A stretch of 64,000 bases of DNA from Mobula hypostoma (lineage: Eukaryota), in assembly GCF_963921235.1 (NCBI RefSeq), contig NC_086106.1, forward strand, positions 24,118,001-24,182,000, given 5' to 3'. Position numbers and translations under genes: made by a program. This document shows, piece after piece, positions 1 through 12,479 of the stretch. The notes beneath the pieces are model-generated. The model saw nothing but the letters and a program-made list of their open reading frames with translations, was not told the origin of the DNA and searched no databases. The first letter of the stretch is position 1. Each line of letters begins with the position of its first letter.

Positions 1-1345
1 AACCCCGCCCCAGCCTTCCCTCCATACCCCCTGACCCCCGTAGCCCCAAGGGCCATATCTAACTCCCTCTTAAATATAGCCAACTGTTTCCTGTGGCAGA
101 GAATTCCACAGATTCACCACTCTCTGTGTGAAGAAGTTTTTCCTAATCTCGGTCCTAAAAGGCTTCCCCTCTATCCTCAAACTGTGGCTCCTCGTTCCGG
201 TCTTCCCCAACATCGGGAACAATCTTCCTGCATCTAGCCTGTCTAATCCCTTTAGGATCTTATACGTTTCAATCAGATCCCCCCTCAATCTTCTAAATTC
301 CAACGAGTACAAGCCCAGTTCATCCAGTCTTTCTTCATATGAAAGTCCTGCCATCCCAGGAATCAATCTGGTGAACCTTCTTTGTACTCACTCTATGGCA
401 AGGATGTCTTTCCTCAGACTAGGGGACCAAAACTGCACACAATACTCCAGGTGTGGTCTCACCAAGGACTTGTACAACTGCAGTAGTACCTCCCTGCTCC
501 TGTACTCGAATCCTCTCGCTATAAATACCAGCATACCGCTCGCCTTTTTCACCCCCTGCTGTACCTGCATGCCCACTTTCAATGACTGGTGTATAATGAC
601 ACCCAGGTCTCGTTGCACCTCCCCTTTTCCTAATCGGCCACCATTAAGATAATAGTCTGTTTTCCTATTTTTGCCACCAAAGTGGATAACTTCACATTTA
701 TCCAAATTAAATTGCATCTGCCATGAATTTGCCCACTCACCCAACCTATCCAACTCACCCTGCATTCTCTTAGCATCCTCCTCAGAGCTAACACTGCCAC
801 CCAGCTTCGTGTCATCCGCAAACTTGGAGATGCTGCATTTAATTCCCTCATCCAACTCATTAATATATATTGTAAACAACTGGGGTCCCAGCACTGAACC
901 TTGCGGTACTCCACTAGTCACCGCCTGCCATTCTGAAAAGGTCACGTTTATTCCCACTCTTTGCTTCCTGTCTCCTAACCAATTCTCCACCCACACCAAT
1001 ACCTTACCCCCAATACCGTGTGCTTTAAGTTTGCACACTAATCTCCTGTGTGGGACCTTGTCAAAAGCCTTTTGAAAATCCAAATATACCACATCCACTA
1101 GTTCTCCCCTATCCACTCTACTAGTTACATCATCAAAAAAATTCTATAGGATTCGTCAGACATGATTTTCCTTTCACAAATCCATGCTGACTTTGTCCGA
1201 TCATTTCACCGCTTTCCAAATGTGCTGTTATCACATCCTTGATAACCAACTCCAGCAGTTTCCCCACCACCGACGTTAGGCTAACCGGTCTATAATTCCC
1301 CGGTTTCTCTCTCCCTCCTTTTTTTTAAAAAGTGGAGTTACATTA
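1..1345 (-). mobile_element. CR1-type LINE, ORF2 RT and 3' end (disrupted)
   Basis: ORF 388-1116 has YLDFQKAFDKVPH, GVPQGSVLGP and FADDTKLGG. A TGA separates it from ORF 70-366 (LYSLEFRRLRGDLIETYKIL). There is a +1 base in the A7 run near 1135-1141, and PGNYRPVSL-coding sequence near 1270-1300. Confidence 0.95.
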
Positions 1346-2405
1346 TTCAAAATCATTTCCCGCACATCTGCTCTCACCCCACCCTCTCCCCCCCCCACTA
1401 GGAATGGGGTTCCCCTGGTCCTCACCTACCACCCCACCAGCCTCCGGTTCTAACATATTATTCTCCGTAACTTCCGCCACCTCCAACGGGATCCCACCAC
1501 TAAACACATCTTTCCCGCCGACCCACACCCCCCGCTTTCCGCAAGGATCGCTCCATTCGTCCCCCCCTGCCCACTCATCTCCCTCCTGGCACTTATCCTT
1601 CTAAGTGGAACAAGCACTACACATGCCTTATACTTCCTCCCTTACCACCATTCAGGGCCCCAGAAAATCCTTCCAGGTGAAGCAGCACCTCACCTGTTAG
1701 TCGGTTGGGGTGATATACTGCGTCCGGTGCTCCCGATATGGCCTTCTATTTACTGGTGAGACCTGATGCAGACTGGGAGATCGTTTTGCTGAACACCTAC
1801 GCTCTGTCCACCAGAGAAAGCAGGATCTCCGAGTGCCCACACATCTTACTTCCACATCCCATTCCCATTCTGATACGTCTATCCACGGCCTCCTCCACTG
1901 TAAAGATGAAGCCACACTCAGGTTGGAGGAACAATACCTTACATTCCGTCTTGGTAGCCTCCAACCTGATCGCATGAACATTGACTTCTCAAACTTCCGC
2001 TAATGCCCCACATCCCCGTCGTCCCCATCTGTTATTTATTTATATACACATATTCTTTATCTCTCTCTCTCCTTTTTCTCCCTCTGTTCCTCTGACTATA
2101 CCCCAGGCCCATCCCCTGGAGTGTCCCCCCTTCCCCTTTTCCCTCTCGCTGTGTCTACTGTCCCATGATCCTCTCATACCCCTTTTGCCAATCAACTGTC
2201 CAGCTCCAGGCTCCAACCCCCCCCCCACCTCCTGTCTTCTCCTATCATTTTGGATCTACCCCTCCCCGTGCCACTTTCAAACCTCTTACTAGCTCTTCCT
2301 TCAGTTAGTCCCGACGAAGGGTCTAGGCCCGAAAGGTCGGCTGTACCTCTTCCTAGAGATGCTGCCTGGCCTGCTGCGTCCACCAGCAACTTTGATGTGT
2401 GTTTC
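1346..2405 (+). mobile_element. Penelope-like element 3' part (GIY-YIG endonuclease remnant, 3' UTR/pLTR)
   Basis: Frameshifted VIYCVRCSRYGLLFTGET...RLGDRFAEHLRSV...RLEEQYLTFRLGSLQPD..NIDFSNFR at ~1710-2000. The end is the gacgaagggtct..cccgaaa..gatgctgcctggcctgctg motif, also seen at ~50190-50250. Confidence 0.85.
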
Positions 2406-2491
2406 TTACATATACTTTGTCCAGTTCAAAGGTTCCCATACTGAAAGTAATTCCCAACCAGAAAACGTAGCGAAATCAATTTGTGTTCAGA

Positions 2492-2554
2492 AGGTATGAT
2501 AGAGGGACACAGAGGTATGATGGAGGGATATAGACTGTATGGTGGAGGCATACC
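2492..2554. repeat. Degenerate ~21-bp tandem repeat, about 3 copies
   Basis: aggtatgatagagggacacag / aggtatgatggagggatatag / actgtatggtggaggcatacc. Confidence 0.5.
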
Positions 2555-2871
2555 AGTCAGAGTGTTACTGCGTTTGCAAGCAGTGATAGTAGTGTGGTAT
2601 AACTGTAGATACTCCGAACGGTGCAGTCAAGATAAGTACTCCTTCGACACTGAACGGAACTTTCTCAATATGTGGCTTCGACGGGGTGTTACTGTTAATG
2701 CTGCACGGGATATGTTCATACATCATCTCAATGCCCCTGATGAGCACCCTGCCTATGTTGGTTGGTGAAGTAATAAGGCTATTGCGGAGGTGGAAAGGAT
2801 GTGGATGATTGCCTTTCCGATTTAAGGACTGCTCGTCTCCAAGGAACAAAAAATACACGCATGATCTATGC

Positions 2872-5800
2872 CAGCCATTCTCAACGGGGGGCGGGGGCAT
2901 ATTGCCCCTTTGGGGGCTCTGGCACATTTGAAGGGGGGAACTGACTTAAAACTGTTAGAAGGGGATCCCCAAGCGTTTATGGGGGCCCTGGTAACTGCAC
3001 ACATGAAATACCCAAACAGCAACCTTCATTGCAGTCTATAGTTTCCCTATTGTTTATAATATCTTTCCAACACACCGTTTCAATTCGGCGCACCTGGCAA
3101 ATTCATTGCTTAAACTCCTCCAATACAAACTCACTTCAGAGTCAGTCGCGAATCTGACAGCACCGGGTCAACGTATTCATTCAAGGTTTCTCGCATCCAT
3201 TATCGCCATACGTCAGTCTCCGAGGATCAGCATGTCTTGCTGGGCCTTTTTTTAACCTAGTAACTTTAAAGTATATGTTTTTGGATATGTTATACGTTAA
3301 GGTAGATTGTGAACATTAATTATTACTGCATATGAAGTCACCGAAAAAAAAAAAAACTGCCCCCGGGTGAGAGCATTTTGTCAGTAGTGTATCTGTATTT
3401 CGCGTGCTTATTATTTTCAGAAATAATTCCACCCATGAGTGCCTTGGCGAAAATTAAAAGTGTCGGCAGTATTCAGTGGAGTAATTATCGTATGGTTTCA
3501 TCGCATCACCGCAAAACCCATCTTTGTCCATGTGTTTGTACTGCGTGACTACATTGTCAAATGAAAGCCTCAGGCCAAGCAAGTTGAAAAAAACTTACAT
3601 TGTGAACCCCGAATCCAGACAAGATGGATAAACACCGAGATTTCTTCAAAAACATTGGAGATAATTTGGAGAGAAGGCCAACGCTGAAACAAATGCTTAC
3701 TCAAACGTCACCGAAATTAGAGAAGTGTTTGGTTGCATCATACAAAATTAGTAAACTGATTGCTAAATCTGGAAATGCTCACAGCATTAGTGAGTCGCTT
3801 TTCCTGCTCTGAATGTCCATAATAACATCTGATGTCATGAATTTGAGTGCCAACGATTCAATTCAGGCAATCCCTTTGAGTAATTCTACTGTTGCCAGAA
3901 GAATCGATGAGGGGGCACAGGGCATTGAAGAGGGATTGGTAAGTTCATTACAATCCAAGAAATTCTCTTTAGAATTAGACGAAATACTTTACAAGATAAC
4001 GACGCTCTTCTCATGGCTTATGTGAGATCCTGGAATGGAAACGAACTGGTGGAAAAGATGTTGTTTGCCAGGAGAATTACAACGGATTGAAAGAGACTAT
4101 CTATTCTTGAAAAAGTCAAAAGTTACTTAAGCGAGCACAATATTCCAATGGAGAATAGCCTATCCTCGTTGTATTCGGGGGAGCCCTTCCTCGCAGTCGA
4201 CGCATAAGGTGAATAATTATTTAAATGGAGAAAATAGGATGCATCCCAGAGGGTTACCTAAATATGTTTTATCTGTAATTAATTCACATTTTCATACAAA
4301 TACGGCTCAAAAGCAGTACCACAAGACATATTTTCCTTTATATTTCATCAATTTAAGGTAAATTCAATGCAATAAATCATAGAAAGTTCATATCCTAGAG
4401 TACAGAGTACGCACCAACAGTGGCAGGTGTGTTCACTCTGGGAGACGAGTGGTTGATGTGGTGTCAGCGGCTTTTCATGGATAAGCTGGATGGCTGTGAA
4501 CATCAGGATCATATCAAGCACAACAAGGGGTGAAGTAAGACTCACAGAACTGTTACAAATGCCGGCAGCAGAAGATGACACCGACTTGAAGAAAGTGGTG
4601 AGGGTTGTTTGCTTGGAAGCATTTTGTTTTTTCAGCATAAATTTGCCTGTAGGGAAGAGCGGTTGATAGCAGGGAACGACTGAAATGCTGACTCCGTTAT
4701 CAGCGCCATTTGTGTCATTTGTTCCGACTTTCATCATTCCCTCACCGTTAGCAAACTCCAGGGATTTCCAAAATCGTCTGTTTCTTGCAGAATCTCAGAA
4801 ATATTTCGCCGTAAAAAAAAAAATACGTACGCCTTGAATGTGGATCACACCTTCATCGAGTGATTGAATCAGCGATGTTGTGTTAGGCCGCAGGAAACGG
4901 ACTGTTAAATTAGGATGAATACTGTCCAAATGTTTAGGGTGGGATGGCGCATTGTCAAGCAACACAAGAACTTTCAAGGCAAGATTCTGTTCCCGGCAGT
5001 AGAGTCCCAGAGCTATGTCACCTTCAGCTGATGCCGCTCCGTTTATAATGTCCAACGTTTTTTTTCAAGTGTTAAAGCGTTCCCTGCCGCTCAGCTGACA
5101 GACGAGGACAAGACATCCGAATCTTAGGAGGCATAGTTGAATATCTCAAGCACAAAATCACTGCAACATAGATAAAACCAACGGAAGTTTAAGAGCGGAA
5201 GATCGCGCATCCAAACCTTGCCAAAACTAATGCTAGACTGGTGGGACTGAGATTGGAAGGCGCGCGCACCTACTTGTATTGGCGGCAAAGCGGTGCTTCT
5301 CATCCCAATAGTGAGACTGTGAGGTGTGCGCACGTGACTTCTATTTGCGGGAAAGCAGTACTCCTCGCATAGCTCTGAGTTTTGGACGCATATAGGAGAC
5401 GTTGGTAGAAATAGGTTCCTCATATAAGTGTGAGTCCACATTATCTGAAGATGCATATAACGAGGATAGGGTGTATAACTGATTGTGCAACTGATGCTGC
5501 CGCTTCTATGGTTAATCGATACAGAGGATTCATCGCCCATCTAAAATGAGTTATACCTTCTACCTTTACTATTTATTGCGACATTCACAGGGAGCACCAA
5601 TAGCTAAAAACCTAGGAGAACAACTCAATCTTTCGCTTTCAGTTGTCATAAAATCTGTAAACTTCATCAAGTCCCACGCCTTTCAGAACCGACTTTCCCA
5701 GCAGTTGTGTGAAGAAAACGATGAAGACTTCCGGACGCTGTTGCTGCATACCGAGGTCAGGTGGTTTTCCGTGGAAACTGTCTTCAACGATTTTTTACAC

Positions 5801-6717
5801 TCTGGGCACCACAGATTTTTTTTTCATGTCTGATAAAGAGCATGGAGAAGGACTCGCTGAGGCCAAGGCGGACAGATTTTATCTGGCATGTATGTTGCAG
5901 AAACTTAATTTGTTAAGTAAGATCTTACAGGGTACAAACAGTAACCCCGTAGATTGTAAGGAAGCTATTGTTTTTTTTCCTTAAGAAACTCGAAGTCTAT
6001 TGACCAAATATGGGACGTCGGGTATTTTCACAATTTCCAAATCTGATAATGATCGCAGAGGCACTGAAGGACGATGACCTTACCGTTTATATTAACCATC
6101 TCAAGCAGACACACAAGGATATGCAAGATTAAATAGCCTGTTAAACCTCGGTATCCCGGATTGAATTTTGAATCCATTTGGAGTGCAACCCAGCCAAATT
6201 GAGGCAGAAATTCAAGAGAGTTTGATTGATCTTCAGAGTGATATAACTGCACATCGTCAGTTCAGTAAGTTTCAAAGGATTTTTGGATCAAGAGTGATCT
6301 CCCGGATAACTCTGGGAAAAAACCTAAAGATCTTTTATTGCATTTGCCTCAACATATTTGGTTGAGTGTGGATTCTGCAACCCTAGTTTCCTTGACAAAA
6401 TCCAGGAACAGATTTGATATCGCAACGGGAGGTGACTTTCGACTGTCATTGTCTAATTTGGAGCCCGATATAATGAAAATCGCAGAAAAAACACCAAGCT
6501 CAAGGAATGCATTAGACCTGATAGAAGTTTAATTTCATAGAGTCTTTCTTTTTAAACTTTTCTCCAGTGTGTCGGAATATTCAAATTTTCTTGGTGTTCA
6601 AAAATAAATGATTTTCTGTCTATCTGTTCGTGCTTTATCCCTGTTTGAAAGGGGCTCCCTGGCACCACAGGAGAGTTCCTAAGGGGGCCGTGGCCTAAAA
6701 ACGGCTGAGAATCTATC
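2872..6717 (+). mobile_element. hAT (Charlie/Buster-type) DNA transposon with fragmented transposase
   Basis: Fragments in correct order: MCLYC..LSNESLRPSKL, IPLSNSTVARRIDE, FSLELDE, CATD.AASM, C.IHREH, LLLHTEVRW and a C-terminal RFDIATGGDFRLSLSNLEPDI. Ends are cagccattctcaac (2872) and gctgagaat (~6704-6712). The left flank atcTAtgc has a central TA. Confidence 0.9.
4158..5473 (-). mobile_element. Tigger/pogo-type element (internally deleted) nested in the hAT transposase
   Basis: Inverted termini gcctatcctcgttgtat (4158) and ataacgaggatagggtg (5473), flanked by TA (4156-57 and 5474-75). DDE_1 fragment VLVLLDNAPSHP..FLRPNTTSLIQSLDEGVI (4795-5055) and KQTTLTTFFK tail. Confidence 0.9.
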
Positions 6718-8099
6718 AGATAGAAATATTGGCTAAACCGCGTAGTTTATTCTCTTAGAAAACTGGTTCCATTTTCCTGATTGGCTAGTTTAACCTCTAT
6801 GGTGCTCTATTTCAATTGGTAGGCGTTCTGGCAAAATGGTGTCCATCTTCGGTTCCGTTCACCCTGGGGGTTTAAAAGATCGCACATTCAGAGGTTTGGT
6901 CCCCTTTCTTTACTGCCACCCACGGGGTCCGAGTTCGGGCTGAATTCGCGGGGAGTTCTGAAGGACCACTGAGAAACAGCATAGCAGACATAGACAGGTC
7001 CCTTGGCTTTTGCTTAGTTAAGAATCCATTTGTGGCATGCTTGTTTCTGGGGTTTTAAAAATCGGGGACGTCTGTCCTGGGATCCGCTCATTTAAACGTA
7101 AGTTTAAATGGTGTAGTGCTTCTGGATTTGGAATACTTGTTTTGCTCGATGTCCGGTTTCAATGTTCTCTTCTTAAATTATTTCCTCACACATCGGTTTG
7201 TAAACCTGTTTCTACTGCTTCACTTATTGGATCCTCGAACCTGCTCTCCCACGTTACAAAACCGCACCCTGATGAGTTAGGATAGATACAGGGCATAGAT
7301 TTTTTTTTTATGCGTGCGACTAATTTTATGACATACATTCGGTCGTGTGGAAATGTTAGCCGTCTCTCCATATTGAACACTGAAATGTATTTAACATGTC
7401 TGTCCAGTATGTATTTGTTATGTCTTAACTTTATTTATCTCTTTCCATATGCCACAAGGCCCTCATATCAATTTTTAGCAAATGCAATCTGCCACTGAAG
7501 GATTGCGAGACAGAGATCATAGATGCATGTGGTTGCCTACTTTGGTTGCAGAAGGTCTTCAGCTCAAATTGCAGATTATACTTTATCCCTGCATTGAGCC
7601 GAATTAGTAATGATGTATTTGTAGATTATCAGACAATGAAAAGGTAGGAACGTTACTAGATTCAGAGACATCATTACCAAAGCACTTTTCCAATAGTAGC
7701 CCAAGCATGGCAAATGAGCTTGTAAACAACTTAAGACGATTCGATTTCAGGCAGCTGCCAAGTGACCTGCAACTGAAAGAGTAACCGAATACATTGTACG
7801 ACAGTTGGCGTAACACGAATACCAACTGTGATCGAGGTTTTGTAACTATAGAATTTTAAATCAAATTTGCCCTTTGAAACGATAGGTGAAAATCTTGATT
7901 TGCGAAATCTAACCTGGCATGATCACTCAAATTCCAATGATATGAAACAAAATATTACATACCGAGTCTATGCTAGAACGTGTAATTTGGTATGAAAATT
8001 AAGTTTTATGGTGGGTTTATCAGGAGATTCTATTGTGATGCCGCTGATTAAATTTAAACGGGACAGTAATTCCAGTAAATTGGTCGAAGAGTAATTAAG

Positions 8100-8275
8100 A
8101 TACTACTAATATGAAGAAGGATATACTGGATTTGGAGGCGGTGCCGAGAAAGTTCCAAAGGTTAATTCCGCAGTGAAGGTGATAGACTATGAGCAGAGAT
8201 GGAGTGGTGAATGGTGAAGCAGGCTTGACGGGCGAGATGGCCAACTTCTGCTTCTATTTCTTCTGTGGTTTTGTT
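8100..8275 (+). mobile_element. CR1 3'-end fragment (degraded)
   Basis: gaagaaggatatactggatttggaggcggtg (RKDILALE-like), followed by the aggcttgacgggcgagatggcc..cttctgcttctatttc tail. Confidence 0.55.
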
Positions 8276-9321
8276 CTTGTACAATTATGTGTCCAATCGA
8301 CCGTGACTGAGTAGTATAAGGGCAGCTGTTACGGTGCTAAGTGATGTTGGTCCGGACGCCATGATCTCATGATCGGTCTCTCATCAGCGTTCTGTCCTCC
8401 TTTGTGAATTCTATCAGTTTGCACCCACCATACCTCCCGACATGGCGTAGAGCTCTATTGGATTATGTTGAACTATATTCTCCTTTGCATGTTTTCATCG
8501 GCTTTCATTGTGCACGCCTCACCTTGCTTAAGGTGTCGCAAACTGCGTTTTGGAATAGTGAGAAAATATTTTTTGGGTTGACTGATTGGAGGTGTAAATC
8601 AGAATATATTTCGGTACATCGCCTTTAAAAGGCCTACGCTGATTCGGAGGATGTCGCTAGCAGGCACTTTGCATGACAACATGACAAAGGTTTGTCAGCA
8701 CACAACTGGGTTACCCAAAGGACCCAGCTGTTATTCCACCCATGAAAAAAATATTTGTTCCGATCAGGCGAACCGGCCAAGCTCCGGACATGCTCACAGA
8801 GTCGGTTTTCGTCATTTATGGGGGTGTTATGTACGGTAATGTAATGGGTGGAAACATTCATAATTCACAAACACCAAGATTGAACGGGGAGGCAATTTGA
8901 GAGTCTTCTGTGACGTGGTGATGTGAATAATTGAAGTTGTTTTTTAACAGCAATTTATGTTCTGGATTTGTCGGCATTCAGGGATTGTAACGGAGTCCCT
9001 TAATCTAAAAACACAGTTGTTGTTTTAATTACCAGTCTCTGCCACAACACAACAGATATTCGAAAAAAAAGGACAAGGCGGAAAAAAAAATGCATGTAGA
9101 TTTTTGTGCTATCTAGATATTGGTATCGATATGTATATATTAATACATATATATTACTGGGAATACTATTTCTTCCGATCACTCTTCCTGAGGTATATAT
9201 ACATGCTGTTCCAAGAGCCAAACTCATCTGCTCACCAATTCCCCGGACTGTTTTTCTCGAATAACATTTGTCTTTGTTTGATATCTTACACCATTTCTGA
9301 GACGGACTCCTTTGCATACCT

Positions 9322-10253
9322 TGTTTCTAAGGCCGCGTTGGTAGCGGACGCACATGCAGGACACAGACACTGAAGTAGTATGAATTGGACTATGTTCATT
9401 AATAATACCTGAGAAGCCGATGAGTGTGAGCAAAATAACAACATGGAAATAGACGTAGAATAATAATAAAAAAAAAATCGGCAAAACTGGACTTGGATTT
9501 GGGACTTGAATTTGACAGGGATCTCTGGTCATGACTGGGAACTCGGGTCTTGGTAGGGACTCAGTACCTGTGTCTTGACGTGGCCCTTGACTAAAACTCT
9601 GACTTGGCTTGGCTTAGACACAGACTTGACTGTGAACTCAGGTCATGACTCGGAACTCGGGTCTTGGCAGGGACTCGGTACCTGAGTCTTGACTTGGCTT
9701 GACCAGGAACTCGGGTTTGACTCGACAAGGAAGTCGGACTTGCCTTGACCAGGAACTCGATCTTGAATTGACCAGGAATTCGGGTTTGACTTGACCAGGA
9801 GCTCGGGCTTGACCTGACCAGAAACTCGGGATTGACTTGACCACAAGCTCTTCTTGGGCAGAGGACACAGAGCCGGGACTCTTCTAGGACACAGGGCCGA
9901 GACCCTTCTTGGACACAGGTCCGGGACCCTTCTTCGACACAGTGTTAGGATCCTTCTTGGCATGAGTTTCTGATGCCGAGCTTCTTGGTATGGGTTTCGT
10001 ATACTGAGCTTCCTGGGATGAGTTTCTGATACCGAAATTCTGGGTGTGGCTTCTGACGGGGACAGTCCAGTCTAGGAATGGCTGGACCCCTAAGCTATTT
10101 ATGTTTCAAGCAGGAAATTAGGATCAGCTGCCTTCATCAAGACCCCTAAACCAACATGGGCGGGGGTGAGGGATTGAAGGAGAATAACCGGAATATGGAA
10201 TCCACAGACAAGACCGCGAACTGAATGCGGATTTCACGGACCGGATCGTGAAA
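9322..10253. mobile_element. Degenerate LTR-like element with internal tandem arrays, related to 43121-44195
   Basis: Starts with TGT and has gacacagacac at the same offset as the 43-kb element. It ends gatttcacggaccggatcgtgaaa versus gacttcacggaccggaccatgaca, and shares tatttatg..atcagctg. It contains ~23-, ~24- and ~28-bp tandem arrays. No TSD found. Confidence 0.6.
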
Positions 10254-11197
10254 ATGTGTCCTGTTGCTTTCAAGCAGGAGAAACGTGCCTGCATTTATCG
10301 ATGGTCGTTCCTGAATTAGTGGTCAGTCATTTAAAACGCAGCTGACAGTGCACATTTATCTTTCAAAGGGTGATTAAGCTCTGGAACATCCTATCCTGTT
10401 ACGTTATGCAGATTAGATGAGTGAGTGAACTTCCATGGAGCCTAACAAATGTTTGAAAAGTCACAATGCTGAGGAATGAAATAGAGTTGTAAAGCAGAAA
10501 ATACCAGTTATCTAGCACAACTGCATTTATCATATTCAATGGCGGAAGGGGATGAAGAGGATGATTCTCCAGGTATTGTGAAATTGCCAGAATTTTTGAG
10601 CAGCCTACAGAAAATTCTGTAAAGATCACATTGTATGGGTGTAATTAATAAGCTCGTATTAACAAGCAACTAATTCACCACCTGCAAATTTAATTGACCC
10701 CGTTTTCTGAATTCCTTGGAATCGTGATTTCTTCCGTTTTAGTTTTAAATATTGATTCTTCCAATCTTCCAATGAGCATGAGGAGATTCTTTTCGACCCA
10801 GCTCTATAAACGGAGTCGTACCTCCGTATTTGACAATGACTGTCCCGCTTTGGGTTGTGGATGGGTAGTAGGGCTTGAACAAGAGATTGGATCACGAGAG
10901 AGATTCGGTTCGGTGGACTTCACTTCAATAGATATTCGTCCCGTCACCGCCAGTATCAATAGTGGAACCGAAAGCATTCTGAAGCGTGACAGCATTTGGT
11001 TGATGAAGAAGTAGGACGACCTATTAACTGAGACAAAATGTGAATCCTTGTTAAGTGGAATCCATACGGAACAAATATCACATTTACCTCTGCACTGCAC
11101 GCTTCATCTACTTTCCGATAATGTGCTCAGGCTAATTCAGAAAGAAATGCGGTTTAATATCTTCATAAATGAAAATATTTTTTTCTCTCTCTCTCAG

Positions 11198-11472
11198 ATC
11201 ATTATCATTGCCAGCTATCATGTTGTAAATAGGTATTGCGAATGCTGATGGTACTTTTGGTAAGAATCGAATTAATTCTGACGATATGTTTTCCGGGGAA
11301 TAAGGACAGAAACAAGCTCTTATTTTCAACACTTTGCTCTGGCCTGATCCAGATATAAAGACAATTTACCAGTTCAATAACCTCAGAGCTGGAACTGAGC
11401 GACACTGTAGTGTATTATTGCAAACATCCGCGATACTGCATATAAGCCAGCTGAGTAATCGTAAAAAATCTT
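11198..11472 (+). pseudogene. Decayed TCR V-segment relic
   Basis: In-frame SELELSDTVVYYC (Cys 11419-21). TGG TAC at 11249 is 170 nt upstream, and a TGC..AGC TAT motif at 11209 lies ~13 codons before it. TACTGCA at 11434 is 12 nt after Cys, followed by an A-rich tract at 11462-70. Multiple stops and frameshifts. Confidence 0.6.
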
Positions 11473-12479
11473 CAGCAGTCGCATAGATCTTGACGTTATC
11501 TGATGAAGGTGGCCAGAGCAATCATTTGTGCGCCTATTGCTAGTTTCATTCCAACCTGAGATGTTGTTCCGATTCTTCAAGTTGCACAAGTCATGCTCTG
11601 GGCTGCGTCCTTTGCAGAATTAATGTCCGTGTTTGAAATTGTTTTTCAAGTGTCTGCTTGATGGCAAATGGAAAATATATGAACAAAATGTCGTGAGCTA
11701 ATATCCATGAATTCAATCTCCATTCAAAATTCGGATGGCAAAGGGTACAAAGCTGCAGGCTTCTATATCTCCCTACGTATGGTAGCAATAAGCGGGAAAA
11801 TATCCTGGATGCTAGAGGCCCTTAGCGGTGGACGCGGTTTTGAAGAACCGCTGCTTGAAAAATGACCTACATGCCACGGAGCCGTTTGTCTATGAATGGA
11901 TCTGGCTATCCACAAAAGCAGACGCTGATGCCCAGTCAGACTCCTATCCACGGCACATCTGTAGAAATTTTCGATCTTTTTTTTATCGTGAAATAGCAAA
12001 TGTCATCAAACTGCTGATGAAATACAGCTGCTATCTATTTATAATAATAGCTGCATCGAAATGTTGGGACCCAGCTTTCAGCCTCACAGATATTGACACC
12101 CAGAAACTAGAAATTTATCATTCTCTCCATTTCTGATCCCTGTATGAGTACTGGTGTGTGTTGATTCACCTTATACTTTCTGAAGTCCACGTTCAGTACT
12201 TCAGTCTTACTTACGCTGAGTGCAAGGCTGTTGTTGTGAGATCACTTAAGCAGCTAGTATACAGACACAGTAAGAGCAAAAACAGAGGCTACAGGACTTT
12301 TGGACTCCTTCGACATTGACCGTAACCAGGGTAATATTCAGCATCGATATTCTCTTAACCAGTATTTCTCCATGCGTCCAGGTTCTTCTGAATTCAATAC
12401 ATTACAACGTTCACCAGAATTCTGGTAAGCCGCAGCCAGCCAAGATAGTGCCCCTTTATTCCCGTTCTGTCTTATTCCG

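Noticed and set aside
8265-8345. GGTTTTGT followed by possible J-like sequence
   Set aside because: No heptamer at 12 or 23 bp and no FGxG motif
8690-8840. VTQ...GEPAKLRTCSQSRFSS resembling an IgH-like V FR1
   Set aside because: No WxRQ, YYC or RSS downstream; likely chance
9638-9963. Repetitive minus-strand ORFs (SSQVKPE...)
   Set aside because: Products of the tandem arrays in the LTR-like element, not genes
11950-12070. LLMKYSCYLFIII resembling a TCR constant-region transmembrane motif
   Set aside because: No splice acceptor and no C-domain exon; implausible inside a V array
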